A stretch of 64,000 bases of DNA from a virus (Duplodnaviria; Caudoviricetes). The stretch covers positions 60,996 through 124,995 of the IMG/VR virus record IMGVR_UViG_3300043120_000039; one strand, written 5' to 3'. The notes below the pieces were generated by a model that saw nothing but the letters and a program-made list of their open reading frames with translations, was not told the DNA's origin and searched no databases. Position 1 is the stretch's first letter, and each line of letters starts with the position of its first letter. A program made the translations under genes and the position numbers. Below are positions 31,738-42,711 of the stretch, in pieces.

Positions 31738-32550
31738 TTGCCTAAGAATCCTATTAAAAAGAAGTCAAAAGATGATAAATTTTACACTAAACCTGCTGTT
31801 GCTAAAGAATGTATAGATTTCCTAAAGTGTTTTATTAAAGATGACATCCTTTGGGTAGAACCGTCTGCTGGCAATGGTAGTTTCTCTTTACAAGTAGATT
31901 GTATAGCTTATGATATAAAGCCTGAGAGTGAAAACATTATACAACAAGATTGGTTGTCATATAAACATACTTCTTCAGGTGAATGGGTAATGTTTGGTAA
32001 TCCACCCTTTGGTAGTAGGAACATGTTGACTAAAAAGTTCATCTTAAAAGGTATTGAGCAGGGGTGTACCTATATTGGTTTTGTACTCCCTTCTGTATTT
32101 GAGAAATATACCAGTCAGAAAGTATTCCCTGATAATTGGAAACTGTTAGGGGAAATGATACTCCCTGTTAATAGCTTCTTACTTGATGGGGAAGATTATC
32201 ATGTACCTTGTGTTTTTCAAGTTTGGTCATGTTCGGAAGATTTCACACAAAACTATCGTAAGGTTAAAGGTAAAGAGTTTACAGACAAGTTCTCTTTTGT
32301 GAAGAAACATGAATGTCCAGACTTATTTATGTTTGGTGCAGCCCCAACAAAACTGATATCACCAGATGAAGTTTGTAAAAATAATAGAGGATATTACTTG
32401 ACAACGCAATCACCACTTGATACATTCATATCACAAGTTAAAGCTATTAACTGGAAACAATATGGTAAATCTTCTGTCAATGGTGGCGTAAGTTGGTTTA
32501 CTAAATCAGAAATTATTGAAATTTGGGAGAAACATTATGGAAGCGAATAA
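31738..32550 (+). CDS. N6-adenine DNA methyltransferase, paralog 2
   Basis: DKFYT, EPSAGNGSF, GNPPFG, VPCVFQVW; same family as 22454..23209. Confidence 0.9.
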   Translation: MPKNPIKKKSKDDKFYTKPAVAKECIDFLKCFIKDDILWVEPSAGNGSFSLQVDCIAYDIKPESENIIQQDWLSYKHTSSGEWVMFGNPPFGSRNMLTKKFILKGIEQGCTYIGFVLPSVFEKYTSQKVFPDNWKLLGEMILPVNSFLLDGEDYHVPCVFQVWSCSEDFTQNYRKVKGKEFTDKFSFVKKHECPDLFMFGAAPTKLISPDEVCKNNRGYYLTTQSPLDTFISQVKAINWKQYGKSSVNGGVSWFTKSEIIEIWEKHYGSE

Positions 32551-32836
32551 CATTTCACGTAAAATTGCTAAAGAGGTTGCTGTTAAAATGGGTTGGGTGC
32601 AAGAGGGTAATAGTAATTTCTTCCGCAACACTCAAGGTAAATTAATCAATATCACAGTATCAACATCCGGCACTGTAGAATCACGACAATTCCGTAAAGA
32701 TTGTGATTATCTTGTGAGCTATGATACAAAAACTAAGAAAGTTTCAATCTACCGCAATCAAGACCTTAAACTTTCAAGCGTTACTCGGATTGGGGCTGAT
32801 GGTGTTGTGTACTACCAAGCACGACCAAAGTTTTAA
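32537..32836 (+). CDS. hypothetical basic protein
   Basis: overlaps the MTase stop; GGAG RBS before MEANN. Confidence 0.65.
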   Translation: MEANNISRKIAKEVAVKMGWVQEGNSNFFRNTQGKLINITVSTSGTVESRQFRKDCDYLVSYDTKTKKVSIYRNQDLKLSSVTRIGADGVVYYQARPKF

Positions 32837-32852
32837 GTAGAAGGATTATTTT

Positions 32853-35003
32853 ATGAAAATTAAAGAAACACTTTATGGTGAACCTAAGAATGGTTCCGCA
32901 AAGCAATGGTCTGTGTTTGTTGAAGATGATAAGGTTATTGTTGAATGGGGTCGTGTAGGTGGTAAACTTCAAACTAAAGAAACTATCTGTACACCAAAGA
33001 ATGTTGGCAAAGCTAATGAGACATCACCACATGAACAAGCTATGTTAGAAGCACTTGCTAAATGGCAGAAGCAACATGATAATAAACTGTACCGCACTTC
33101 AATCAAAGAAGCAGAGTCAGTTGGTAAACTTCTTCCAATGTTAGCAATTGATGGTAGCAAGAAGCCTGAAAAGATTAAGTTCCCATGTGACATTCAACCA
33201 AAATTGGATGGGTGTTTTAAATATGATACACGTATCTGGACTGATAAGGGTTACCTGAAAATAGGATATATTGTTGAAAATAGGTTACCAGTAAAAGTAT
33301 ACTCTAAGAATTTAAAAACTGGAAAGTTAGAGTTGAAAAAGGTGGTGAATTATTTTAATAATGGACTTAGTGATAGTGGAGATTTTTATAAAGTATTAAC
33401 CGACGAGAACCAAATTATTGCAACAGGAAATCATAAAATATACACTGATAAAGGGTGGGTCTGTGTTGATAAACTAGAAGAAACTGATTGTAAGGTTTTA
33501 TCTAGTAATAATCTGAAAGATTTTCAAGCTTTTATTCTCGGATCTTTATTAGGGGATAGTTGTGCAAGTTTTGAGAAGAGGTGGGGTAATTCTTATAGAA
33601 TTATTTTTTCTGTATGTGATTCTGATGAGAGTTATGGTGATAGGAAGAGTGAATATTACAGTAAGATTTGTTCTGTAAACAAGTCAAGTTATACCTCTGG
33701 TTATGGGTCTAATTGTAAGAGATACACCATTGGGAAATGTACTTCATTACCATTTGACATATCCGTATTGTATGAGACCAATAAAAACTCAGATAATTAT
33801 GGTAAAAGATTGGAACACCTTGATGTAAAGGAACTTAAAGATTATTTCTCAGATATTTCTCTAGCAGTGTGGTATTTTGATGATGGAACGTACCATGAAA
33901 ATAATAGTAATCCTTTAACTCCAAGACTCAGTTTATCGGTTGCAAGATATTCAGATCAAACAATAAAAGGTTTTGTAAAACTTTTTAAAGATTTATATAA
34001 TGTTAAACCTACAGTAGTGACTACAGAAAAAGATAAAACCTTATGGTTTGATACCCCATCTTCTTGTTACTTATTATTTCGTATAGCATCTGTTGCAAGC
34101 GGTTTTTGTGATAGGAAATTAAAGACTTTTGCAAATGAAAAAGTGGAAATAGGTGACGTTTCTATGGAGGTTTTTAAAAAACCAATAGTTCGTAATCTAC
34201 CTAATGTTAAGTACAGTAAGTATGATATAGAAGTAGAAGATAACCATAACTACTTTGCCGAGAATATCTTAGTACATAATTGCCGTGCCATGGTATTCTT
34301 GGATGAAGATAACCAAGTGAAAGCAATCTCTCGACAAGGTAAAATTTATGAACTACATAAACAATTGGAAGATGAGCTACATTATCTGTTAACCACCAAT
34401 AATTATGAACGTTTAGATGGTGAACTCTATTATCATGGTATGAAACTTCAGAATATTGTATCTGCTGTGCGTAATAAAGAAAACCCTAATCACAGTATTA
34501 TGCAATTCCATATCTTTGATATCCCTTCAGATGAAGTATGGTCTAAACGAAAACAGACTATGTTGATGAAGGATGGTGAGTTTGTTAAATGGGTTCCTTA
34601 CACACAATGCGACACTGAATCACAACTTCAAAAATCAGTATCTGAATTTATGGCAGAAGGTTATGAAGGTACAATTGTCCGTAATCTTAAAGGTAAGTAT
34701 GAGTACAACCATCGAAGCAATGACCTTATTAAAGTTAAAGTTATGCAAGATTCAGAAGCAAAAGTAATTGCTTGCCGTGAAGATAGGAATGGTGAAGGGG
34801 TGTTGACTTGCTATTGGAATGGTATAGAATTTGATGTGAAGATGAAAGGTTCTCACGAAGAACGTTTATATTCAGAACAATGTACACTTATTGGTCAATG
34901 GATTAACTTCTCATATCAAGCACTGACTGAGGATGGTAAACCTCAATTTCCATCAGGTAACTATATCCGAGAATGTGACTCAAACGGTCAACCACTAGAA
35001 TAA
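32853..35003 (+). CDS. ATP-dependent DNA ligase (N-terminal WGR-like domain) interrupted by an intein
   Basis: PKLDG adenylation motif, LDGELY, FHIFD, GYEG, LIKVK; spliced product ~360 aa. Confidence 0.93.
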   Translation: MKIKETLYGEPKNGSAKQWSVFVEDDKVIVEWGRVGGKLQTKETICTPKNVGKANETSPHEQAMLEALAKWQKQHDNKLYRTSIKEAESVGKLLPMLAIDGSKKPEKIKFPCDIQPKLDGCFKYDTRIWTDKGYLKIGYIVENRLPVKVYSKNLKTGKLELKKVVNYFNNGLSDSGDFYKVLTDENQIIATGNHKIYTDKGWVCVDKLEETDCKVLSSNNLKDFQAFILGSLLGDSCASFEKRWGNSYRIIFSVCDSDESYGDRKSEYYSKICSVNKSSYTSGYGSNCKRYTIGKCTSLPFDISVLYETNKNSDNYGKRLEHLDVKELKDYFSDISLAVWYFDDGTYHENNSNPLTPRLSLSVARYSDQTIKGFVKLFKDLYNVKPTVVTTEKDKTLWFDTPSSCYLLFRIASVASGFCDRKLKTFANEKVEIGDVSMEVFKKPIVRNLPNVKYSKYDIEVEDNHNYFAENILVHNCRAMVFLDEDNQVKAISRQGKIYELHKQLEDELHYLLTTNNYERLDGELYYHGMKLQNIVSAVRNKENPNHSIMQFHIFDIPSDEVWSKRKQTMLMKDGEFVKWVPYTQCDTESQLQKSVSEFMAEGYEGTIVRNLKGKYEYNHRSNDLIKVKVMQDSEAKVIACREDRNGEGVLTCYWNGIEFDVKMKGSHEERLYSEQCTLIGQWINFSYQALTEDGKPQFPSGNYIRECDSNGQPLE
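33213..34280 (+). mobile_element. 356-aa intein with LAGLIDADG endonuclease in the ligase active-site motif
   Basis: KLDG|CFKYDT...ILVHN|CRA; ATGNHKI block B; GSLLGDS and WYFDDG LAGLIDADG motifs. Confidence 0.93.
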
Positions 35004-35229
35004 TATTGAATTAAGAGGTATCAATGTCAGAATTAATGAACAACTATCTAGAAACACTTTACCAAGAAGATAACCTTCTCGAAGTACATTTCTCTGCAGA
35101 AGAGTTTGATTATCTTTGTGTTCCACAAGAAGAAATTTATGCTTAAAACTTGTTGACTTTTACTAAGGTGGCTTTATAATGAAGTCATCTTGTTGAGAGA
35201 AATATGTTGAATATGAATAGGAGAATTTT

Positions 35230-37383
35230 ATGGCAATCCCAGTAACACCTGAATATGAAGTGAATGTAGGTAAGAGTAAAGAAAGTCAAGATTTCGGTTT
35301 TCATTTCTCTGCTAAACTTGCACGTACCTTGGCAGAAACTATGTATGATTACAAAGTAGAAGCTGTTGTTCGTGAGTATTCTACCAATATTACAGATAGT
35401 CATACAGATGCGGGTTTTCCTGAGAAAGCTGGTTTTGTGCATGTACCTACAAAATTAAACCCTGTCATCAAGTTCCAAGATTTTGGTATTGGTATGACAA
35501 AAGAAACTATTTTTAAAATCTATACTGTTTTTGGTAAGTCTACAAAAGAACATGACAATACCACGAACGGGTCTTTAGGTTACGGGAGCAAAAGTGCTTT
35601 CTCTGTATCTGAACAATTTACAGTTACTTCTGTTAAAGATAACATTAAAACTGTAGTTGTATGTTATAAAGACCGTAAAGGGCTACCAAAAGCAGATGTA
35701 AAACTTGAAACAAAGACAACCGAAGTCAATGGTACTGTGGTAGAAATTCCCGTTAAATTGTCACAAGTACCTCAATGGCAAGAAGCTTGTGCTCGTGTAC
35801 TAGGTGCTTTCCGTGTCCCACACAATGTTAATACTTTTGGTAATTACCAAGATGAATATGAAGCAATCTTGAATTTGTGTGAACAGGTTCGTGAAGAAGG
35901 TAGTGTATTTGTGCAATCACCATCTTATGAGTTGTGCAACCACCGTTCACGTACACTTGCGCTTATGGGGGATGTTCTTTACCATCTACCAGATTTTGAA
36001 AGTTTGGTGGGTAAGACTAAGATTAAAAACTTAGTTGGAAGTTTTGTTGAAAATGGTATGTATGTCACAAACTTTCATATTGGCGACTTAGACCATGCAC
36101 CTTCTCGTGAAGCTATTAGTTATGACCCACAGACTTTTAACAAGGTTCGTCGTCGTGTTAATGGTGACATTAAGAAAGAGTTCCGTAAGTTTACTAAGGA
36201 CGTTAATTTTGATTTGAGCTTCTATAAATTCTATAAACAGTATCATCGTACTAAAGCATGGATTCTTATGGAAAACTTAGAACTTCCTATTACACGTGGA
36301 CATAAGCTCAGATCGATAGATCCTTCTTCCAAGGGTGGTTGGTGCTACAAACAAATTATGTTCCTACTCAGCGAAGAAAAGTATGGTAAGATTCGTGGCA
36401 TTATTCCATCTACAGTAAACACATTGATGTTTGCTCATAGTGTTGAGTCAATGTACCAAGACCGACTGGTAAAGATTCATAAGCCCATTGTTATCTACTC
36501 AGAAAAAGATAAAGGTTTCTACAAAATTAAAGATACACTTGAGAATGTGAATAAACATTTCGAAGGGCGTCATGTTCTTTCTGCTGAAAGTAAAGAAAAA
36601 GCTGAGAATATTGCAAAATGGTTTGGTTCAGAAGATATTATCTGTGGAGATGAATATTCCCCAGAGAAGAAAGTCCATGTTAAAGGTGAGAAATCTTCTC
36701 GTGGTACCTATGGTATCAAAGAGGATTATGAAACTGTTGCAACCTATATTGAGTTAATGAATGAGGGTTGGGTACAATCTACTGGAAAGGTTAATCTATC
36801 TGAAAAAGGTGTTTATTGGGCAAGTCAAGACTCTATTGTTGTTAATGGTATTGTACCTAAACAGGAAACAACATTCTCTACCTATGGTGCTAATATTTGT
36901 AAAATGCTTAAAGTAGTAGAAGGTACAAAGGTTGTTTTCAAAAATCTTAATAACAAAGGTAAGATTGAACGCTCCGGTATTGAAAAGATTGATGTTGCTG
37001 TGCAAAAGGTTGTTAAGAAACATAAACAAGATTTAGTTAAATATCTCTCGTGGAAGAACAACCCATTTACTAATCTTACCAAGAAAGAAATGGTATTGGT
37101 TGACAACAAGCCTAGTCATGTTAAGATTAAACAACAGATTCAAAATAGAATTAAACCTTGTGAAAAGATTGAACTGATTTCGAGTTTATCAGATTTCCAT
37201 CTGAATAAAACAAAGATGTTTGAAAAACAAGTTAGTATCAAGAAAGCTATGTTTGAGAAAGTTAAACTTGAGGTAGAAAATACAATGAGTAAGCTACCTC
37301 TTACAGATAAGTTTTCAGATTGTTCGCAAAGTGACATTGAAAAATTTAAGTATTACTTAAAACTTGAGAAAGTTATTAAATAA
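35230..37383 (+). CDS. rIIA: rIIA-like protein
   Basis: GHKL motifs REYSTN..DSH, DFGIGM, STK, GSLGYGSKS, PSREAISY; followed by rIIB. Confidence 0.9.
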   Translation: MAIPVTPEYEVNVGKSKESQDFGFHFSAKLARTLAETMYDYKVEAVVREYSTNITDSHTDAGFPEKAGFVHVPTKLNPVIKFQDFGIGMTKETIFKIYTVFGKSTKEHDNTTNGSLGYGSKSAFSVSEQFTVTSVKDNIKTVVVCYKDRKGLPKADVKLETKTTEVNGTVVEIPVKLSQVPQWQEACARVLGAFRVPHNVNTFGNYQDEYEAILNLCEQVREEGSVFVQSPSYELCNHRSRTLALMGDVLYHLPDFESLVGKTKIKNLVGSFVENGMYVTNFHIGDLDHAPSREAISYDPQTFNKVRRRVNGDIKKEFRKFTKDVNFDLSFYKFYKQYHRTKAWILMENLELPITRGHKLRSIDPSSKGGWCYKQIMFLLSEEKYGKIRGIIPSTVNTLMFAHSVESMYQDRLVKIHKPIVIYSEKDKGFYKIKDTLENVNKHFEGRHVLSAESKEKAENIAKWFGSEDIICGDEYSPEKKVHVKGEKSSRGTYGIKEDYETVATYIELMNEGWVQSTGKVNLSEKGVYWASQDSIVVNGIVPKQETTFSTYGANICKMLKVVEGTKVVFKNLNNKGKIERSGIEKIDVAVQKVVKKHKQDLVKYLSWKNNPFTNLTKKEMVLVDNKPSHVKIKQQIQNRIKPCEKIELISSLSDFHLNKTKMFEKQVSIKKAMFEKVKLEVENTMSKLPLTDKFSDCSQSDIEKFKYYLKLEKVIK

Positions 37384-37393
37384 GGAGAAGATT

Positions 37394-38281
37394 ATGTCCA
37401 ATCGTACAAATATTGTAAAATGTAAAACACACCAAGAGAAAGAGATTATATATAAAGGGTGGGAGTGGCAAAATGTCCTTAACAAAACTCAATTTGCAAA
37501 GCAGTATGGTATTTCTGTACGTACTTTAAACCGCATTCTGGATGAATTTAAGGATGATAAAGTTTGCTGTTATGATTACACAGTAACTAAGAATCAGATT
37601 ACCATTTTCTGCAATGAAGATAGTCGTAGTGTTGCTAAAGATTATCCTAAGTTCAAAAGTCTTCGCACTAAGCTTATGGAATCTGATTTCAGTGATGAGG
37701 TTCTTGCAGAAGTATATGAACTTTTGAATCTTCCTAAGTTTGTGGAAAAGTTTAGTGAAGGTAATATCACTGTTGATCATGAAAATGGTAAAGTGTTTTA
37801 TGGTACTTTTGAAATTAAGAATAGTGTTGTTGATCGAATGATGTTGATGCTTGATGGTCGTGAGGACATCAAACCTTTAGTTAAGTTCTTAGAGAAATTA
37901 ATGATGAACCCTAAGACAACAGTAATCGAAGAATTGTATCCCTTCTTGAAACACAATGATATTGAGATTTCAGAAGATGGTGATATTATTGCATATCGTA
38001 GTGTACGTCATGATTGGAAAGATTTCCATACAGGTACAATGGATAACAGTATTGGCACAGTAGTATCAATGCCGCGCACTCTGGTAGATGATGACCCTAA
38101 TCGTACATGTTCAAGCGGTATCCATTGTGCATCTTTTGAATATGCAAGTACTTTTGGTAGTGGTAATTCACATTTGGTGAAGGTACAGGTTTGTCCTTCA
38201 GATGTAGTCTCCGTTCCAACAGATTATAATGGTATGAAATTGCGCGCTTGTAAACTCAAAGTCCTAGAGGAAGTACTATGA
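37394..38281 (+). CDS. rIIB: rIIB-like protein
   Basis: N-terminal HTH, NP...ELY.FL, D.HTG, MPR..VDDDP..TCSSG.H, P.DVVSVP.DY. Confidence 0.9.
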   Translation: MSNRTNIVKCKTHQEKEIIYKGWEWQNVLNKTQFAKQYGISVRTLNRILDEFKDDKVCCYDYTVTKNQITIFCNEDSRSVAKDYPKFKSLRTKLMESDFSDEVLAEVYELLNLPKFVEKFSEGNITVDHENGKVFYGTFEIKNSVVDRMMLMLDGREDIKPLVKFLEKLMMNPKTTVIEELYPFLKHNDIEISEDGDIIAYRSVRHDWKDFHTGTMDNSIGTVVSMPRTLVDDDPNRTCSSGIHCASFEYASTFGSGNSHLVKVQVCPSDVVSVPTDYNGMKLRACKLKVLEEVL

Positions 38282-39591
38282 CCTGCTTCACAACTACTAC
38301 TCAAGAAGATTACTATTCCAAAGCATCTGAACTTGCTGCAAAAGGTGCTATTGTAGAATGGTCTTCTGATAAGAAAACTTGTACATATACTCTTGAAGGT
38401 GTACCTTATATCCAAAAGACGGATTACTTTAAGAAACGTGTATATTATGTAAATAAACTTGCTTATGAGGAGAATAACATTGGCTAAGATTAAAACAACT
38501 GCAATTCTTGATGAAGTCTCTACAAGTTCAGATAAAGTAAACTGGACTTCTCAAGGTTTTCATGATTTCGAAATTAGTACTCTTCTGCAAGAAAATGGTG
38601 ATGAAGCTGTTGTCACAATTCCAGAAAGTGTCGCTGGTAAACAATTGTCTATTAAGGAAATGCGTGAACTTTTGAAAGCTATGGAAGTTTGTGACCGAGC
38701 AATTGAGGATTGATTATGTTTAAGAATAAATATCGTATTGTTAAAGACTGTTACTGTGGTTATGAGGCTCAAGTCAAGTTTTGGTGGTTTCCCTTGTGCT
38801 ATTTTCAAATGCATAATCATACAGGATGTAATACTTGGAGTTCTGTAGAACAAGCAGAAAACTTCATTAAAAATAAAAGTAATAAAGTGGTTAAAAAGGT
38901 AGACCTATGATGGAAACAATCTATACACTTTTGCAGGAAGAATCTATTCCTCGCACAACTAAGATTCAAGAATTGGCTATGACTTCTCAACCATACCATC
39001 TTGCGCAAACCCTTCTTCGTCTACACGAAGATAATGAATACTTGCGCGAAAGAGTCCTCCAGCTTGAGACAGAAAAAGATGCCTTCAAATTGCTTCTTTC
39101 TGCACATGAAAATGTTGAAGAAAATTAAAATTTACTATTGACAACTGCACCACTTCTGATAATATTACTCATATTGAGAAGGAGGTTTTATGATTAATGA
39201 AAATAGGTTTGTTATAGAGAGGAAGTGGAAACTCTTTGGGTATGAAATCTCAGATTACCTTAAACAAAAATTAAAGAGTGTATTTATTACCCACCCAAGG
39301 ATAATTATACCTAAACATTTCGCTGACAGAGTTATGGATAGGCTAACCATACTTAATCAGCATGTTGTAAAGGCAATGCTGTACCACATGTTAGATAATA
39401 ATCTTTGTGAGCTATTATTTTGGTATAAAGGGTGTTCTCATAAAACTCTAGACATTATCGATCAGGATTTTAGAGTAACACTAGTTAAGAGTAAATATGG
39501 AGATATCATCTGTAAAACTTTATGGTACGGAGAGAAGCATAGAGAAGAAGGTGAGGATTTAATGCAGATTTATTTAAAGAAAACTAAATAG
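38278..39591 (+). CDS. five small hypothetical genes (38278-38487, ~38480-38713, 38710-38910, 38907-39128, 39190-39591)
   Basis: overlapping start/stop chain. Confidence 0.65.
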
Positions 39592-39600
39592 GAGAAAATT

Positions 39601-40701
39601 ATGGAACATCCAACTAATTATAAATATCACAGCACACAACAATTTCGTAATGTGGTAAAATCTATTCGTGACCAAGCTACTTTTGTAGGTGTTGATGAAG
39701 ATGGTAATGTAATCAAAGATTCAACTAAACCTATCCCTAAACTTGAGTATATTGGTACAACTAAGCTTCATGGGACTAATGCAAGTATCGTTCTTCATGA
39801 AGATGGTACAATTTCATTCCACAGTAAATCACAACTTCTTGGTTATGTGCGTGATGAAGAGTTTACACTACTCTCAGATAACGCAGAGTTTGCACAAACA
39901 ATGTATCGTCGTTTTGATAGTGTAAAAGAAATGATGTACAAAGCTCGTGAAGTAGTTAAGCATCACCAAGGTACAGAACTATACCCAGTTAAGGTATCAG
40001 GTGAGTGGTGCGGATCTGGCATCCAGAAAGGTGTCGGTATTTCCTATCTACCTAAACGTTCCTTCTTTGTATTCGGTATTAAAGGTGGTGAGACTATCCA
40101 ACAAGTTAAACAGGGTTGGCTGCCAGTTACAGTTTGTAGCGATATCGTAGATGATGAAGATAATGGTATTTATGCTATCACAGATTTTCCTGTTAAACAC
40201 GTTACCATTGATTTTAACAATGCCACTTATTCGCAGAACACACTGGTAGAAGCTACAGAAGCTGTAGAAAAATCATGTCCAGTAGCAAGTACACTAGGTT
40301 TGAAAGATACAGATGGTAATCCAGCAGAACTTGGAGAGGGTCTAGTGTGGACTCCGAAAGACCCTGAGTATTGTTGGGATAGCGGTAATTGGTTTAAAAC
40401 AAAAGGTCAAAAACATTCAGTATCAAAAGTTAAATCTGTTGCTGCTATTGATCCAGAGAAACTTAATTCAATTAAGGAGTTTGTTGATTATGCGGTTACT
40501 GAAAATCGTCTGGAACAAGGATTGACAGAAGTGGGTCTTGACCAAAAGCTTGTTGGTACTTACATTGGATGGGTTAGTAAGGATGTTAACAAAGAAGAGG
40601 CTGACACTTTAGAAAAGAGTAACCTTTCTATGAAAGATGTTGGCAAGTATATTGCAAATAAAGCACGAGAGTTTTATATCTCAAAACTAAATAATATCTA
40701 A
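39601..40701 (+). CDS. RNA ligase (Rnl2 family)
   Basis: KLHGTNA motif I, GEWCG, F.FGI, GEGLVW, FKTKG. Confidence 0.88.
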   Translation: MEHPTNYKYHSTQQFRNVVKSIRDQATFVGVDEDGNVIKDSTKPIPKLEYIGTTKLHGTNASIVLHEDGTISFHSKSQLLGYVRDEEFTLLSDNAEFAQTMYRRFDSVKEMMYKAREVVKHHQGTELYPVKVSGEWCGSGIQKGVGISYLPKRSFFVFGIKGGETIQQVKQGWLPVTVCSDIVDDEDNGIYAITDFPVKHVTIDFNNATYSQNTLVEATEAVEKSCPVASTLGLKDTDGNPAELGEGLVWTPKDPEYCWDSGNWFKTKGQKHSVSKVKSVAAIDPEKLNSIKEFVDYAVTENRLEQGLTEVGLDQKLVGTYIGWVSKDVNKEEADTLEKSNLSMKDVGKYIANKAREFYISKLNNI

Positions 40702-40782
40702 ATAAACCATTGACACAAGAATCCTCTGTTGATAATATTAGCCTGTATCGAAAAGGTTAGTTTTACACAGAGGGTTTTTATT

Positions 40783-41493
40783 ATGTCAGAAATTAAATAT
40801 GTTGTATATCGTCGTCTTTCTAAAGAAGATAAGTCTCGTACACAACATGGTTTTGATTCACAAATGAATGATATCAAATACTTCCTTGATAAAGAAGGTT
40901 GTGGTCAAGTTATTGGTGATTTCAAAGAATTCATCTCTGGTACTGCAGAACACAAGCCTGAGCTTGAGAAAGCAATGCAACTCTGCAAAGAGGAAAAAGC
41001 TATCCTACTTGTGGCGAAAATCGACAGGATCAGCCGTCGTGTCTCACAAATAGCTCGTCATATGGAAGGTGATGTTAAGTTTAAAGTTGCGGCACTTCCT
41101 AATGCAGATAACTTCCAATTACACATCTACGCAGCACTATCTGAACAAGAGCGCCTAATGATTGCTGACCGTGTTAAACGTGGCCTTGCTGCAGCTAAAT
41201 CAAAAGGTATTAAACTCGGTGCTGCGTCTGATGCTTATCAACAAAAACTTGCACAAGGTAAAATCAATCATGTGTCAAAACGTACTTCATCAGAAGCATC
41301 CGATTATTGGCAACAACATCGTCCTCAGATTGAACACATCATCCATATGATGAAGGCTTCTAAAACAAAGTTGACTTTTGCAAATATTTGTTCTAATCTG
41401 AACAAGATGAAGATTACTTCTCGTGAAGGTAAACCACTCAACCCTTCACAAACACAGAGAATTTTGGATAAATTGAATATTAGTCGAGTATAG
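40783..41493 (+). CDS. serine recombinase (resolvase/invertase family)
   Basis: YRRLS catalytic Ser, EFISG, LLVAKIDRISR, EQER..I..R...GL..AK..G..LG. Confidence 0.9.
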   Translation: MSEIKYVVYRRLSKEDKSRTQHGFDSQMNDIKYFLDKEGCGQVIGDFKEFISGTAEHKPELEKAMQLCKEEKAILLVAKIDRISRRVSQIARHMEGDVKFKVAALPNADNFQLHIYAALSEQERLMIADRVKRGLAAAKSKGIKLGAASDAYQQKLAQGKINHVSKRTSSEASDYWQQHRPQIEHIIHMMKASKTKLTFANICSNLNKMKITSREGKPLNPSQTQRILDKLNISRV

Positions 41494-41503
41494 GAGAATT
41501 CTT

Positions 41504-41988
41504 ATGGAAAAGTTATATGTTTACACAGGTTATACTCAATCCACAACAGATGCTTTGCAAACTTATATTGAGAAACAAGGTTTCAAAGTTGTGAACATTG
41601 TCTATGGGAATGATAAGAAACGTTCTCGGAAGATTATCTCTGCTTGGTATCCACAAAGTGAATATGATTATCAACAATTGGCAAATGTTTCCACCAAAGA
41701 AGCAGATGCTTATGATGAAGAATATTTCAATCGTACACAAAAAGAGGATTGATTGTGAAAAATAAAACTGTTGTGCAAAATACACCTGTTGCAGATAAGT
41801 ATCAATCTCTAAAAGATGAAATCATCCTTCACTTGGTAGAACTCTCTGAACAAGGACTTCTTACTCGACATGGTGCTATCTCTGATATAGAAGAAATTCT
41901 TACCGAGAAACAGTTTGACAATTTGAAGGTAAATGTTTTATCTTTAGGGAACAATGAATTTAAGATTAATGTGGAGGATTTATGTTAG
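41504..41988 (+). CDS. two hypothetical genes (41504-41752, 41749-41988)
   Basis: contiguous ORFs with RBS. Confidence 0.6.
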
Positions 41989-42154
41989 AACGATTACAGA
42001 AATCTATTGAAAATAAAGATACACTGGTGTGTTGTACACGAAAAGAGTGGAATGTTTATGAGAGAGATGTTACTTGTAACATTAAGTATCTAACTCATTA
42101 CTATTATAAATTTTCAGATACTGCTTGTGTAGGTATTTGTTTGAGAGGTGGAAA

Positions 42155-42601
42155 ATGATTATCAAACATGAACGACTTTATTATAAAAGAGGGATTGTTG
42201 GTAATGAAATCTATATGTTTACGGCAAATTCCACATTGAAAAATGATGGTAAACTTGTTATGGGTGCTGGTTGTGCAAAAACAGTTAGAGATACTTACCA
42301 CGGTATTGACAAAATGTTTGGTGATAAGATTGGTCATTTATCTGAATTCAACGTACTGTTTGTAAAACATAATGAACAATGGATCGGAGCTTTTCAAACT
42401 AAGATTAATTGGCAAGAATCGTCACCAATGTTCATAGTAATGGACAGTGTTAATAAACTGACACGTATTGCTAATGAAAGACCTCTCTGGACATTTCATT
42501 TACCATGTCCAGCAATTAACCACGGTGGTCAAAAGGTAGAAGATATTTTACCTATGTTAGAGCAACTCCCAGACAATGTTATAATTTATTTAGATAAATA
42601 A
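42155..42601 (+). CDS. macrodomain (ADP-ribose binding/hydrolase) protein
   Basis: FTANS..K.DG.LVMGAGCAK, FQTK..W, LPCP....GG. Confidence 0.8.
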   Translation: MIIKHERLYYKRGIVGNEIYMFTANSTLKNDGKLVMGAGCAKTVRDTYHGIDKMFGDKIGHLSEFNVLFVKHNEQWIGAFQTKINWQESSPMFIVMDSVNKLTRIANERPLWTFHLPCPAINHGGQKVEDILPMLEQLPDNVIIYLDK

Positions 42602-42711
42602 CTTCTATCGTCACGATAAAATATTACATTTGAAGTTAATATAATATTGTGTGAAAATAGAATATACTCTCGATAAGAGTACTCACATATATTTAAACTA
42701 AGGAGAAAATT

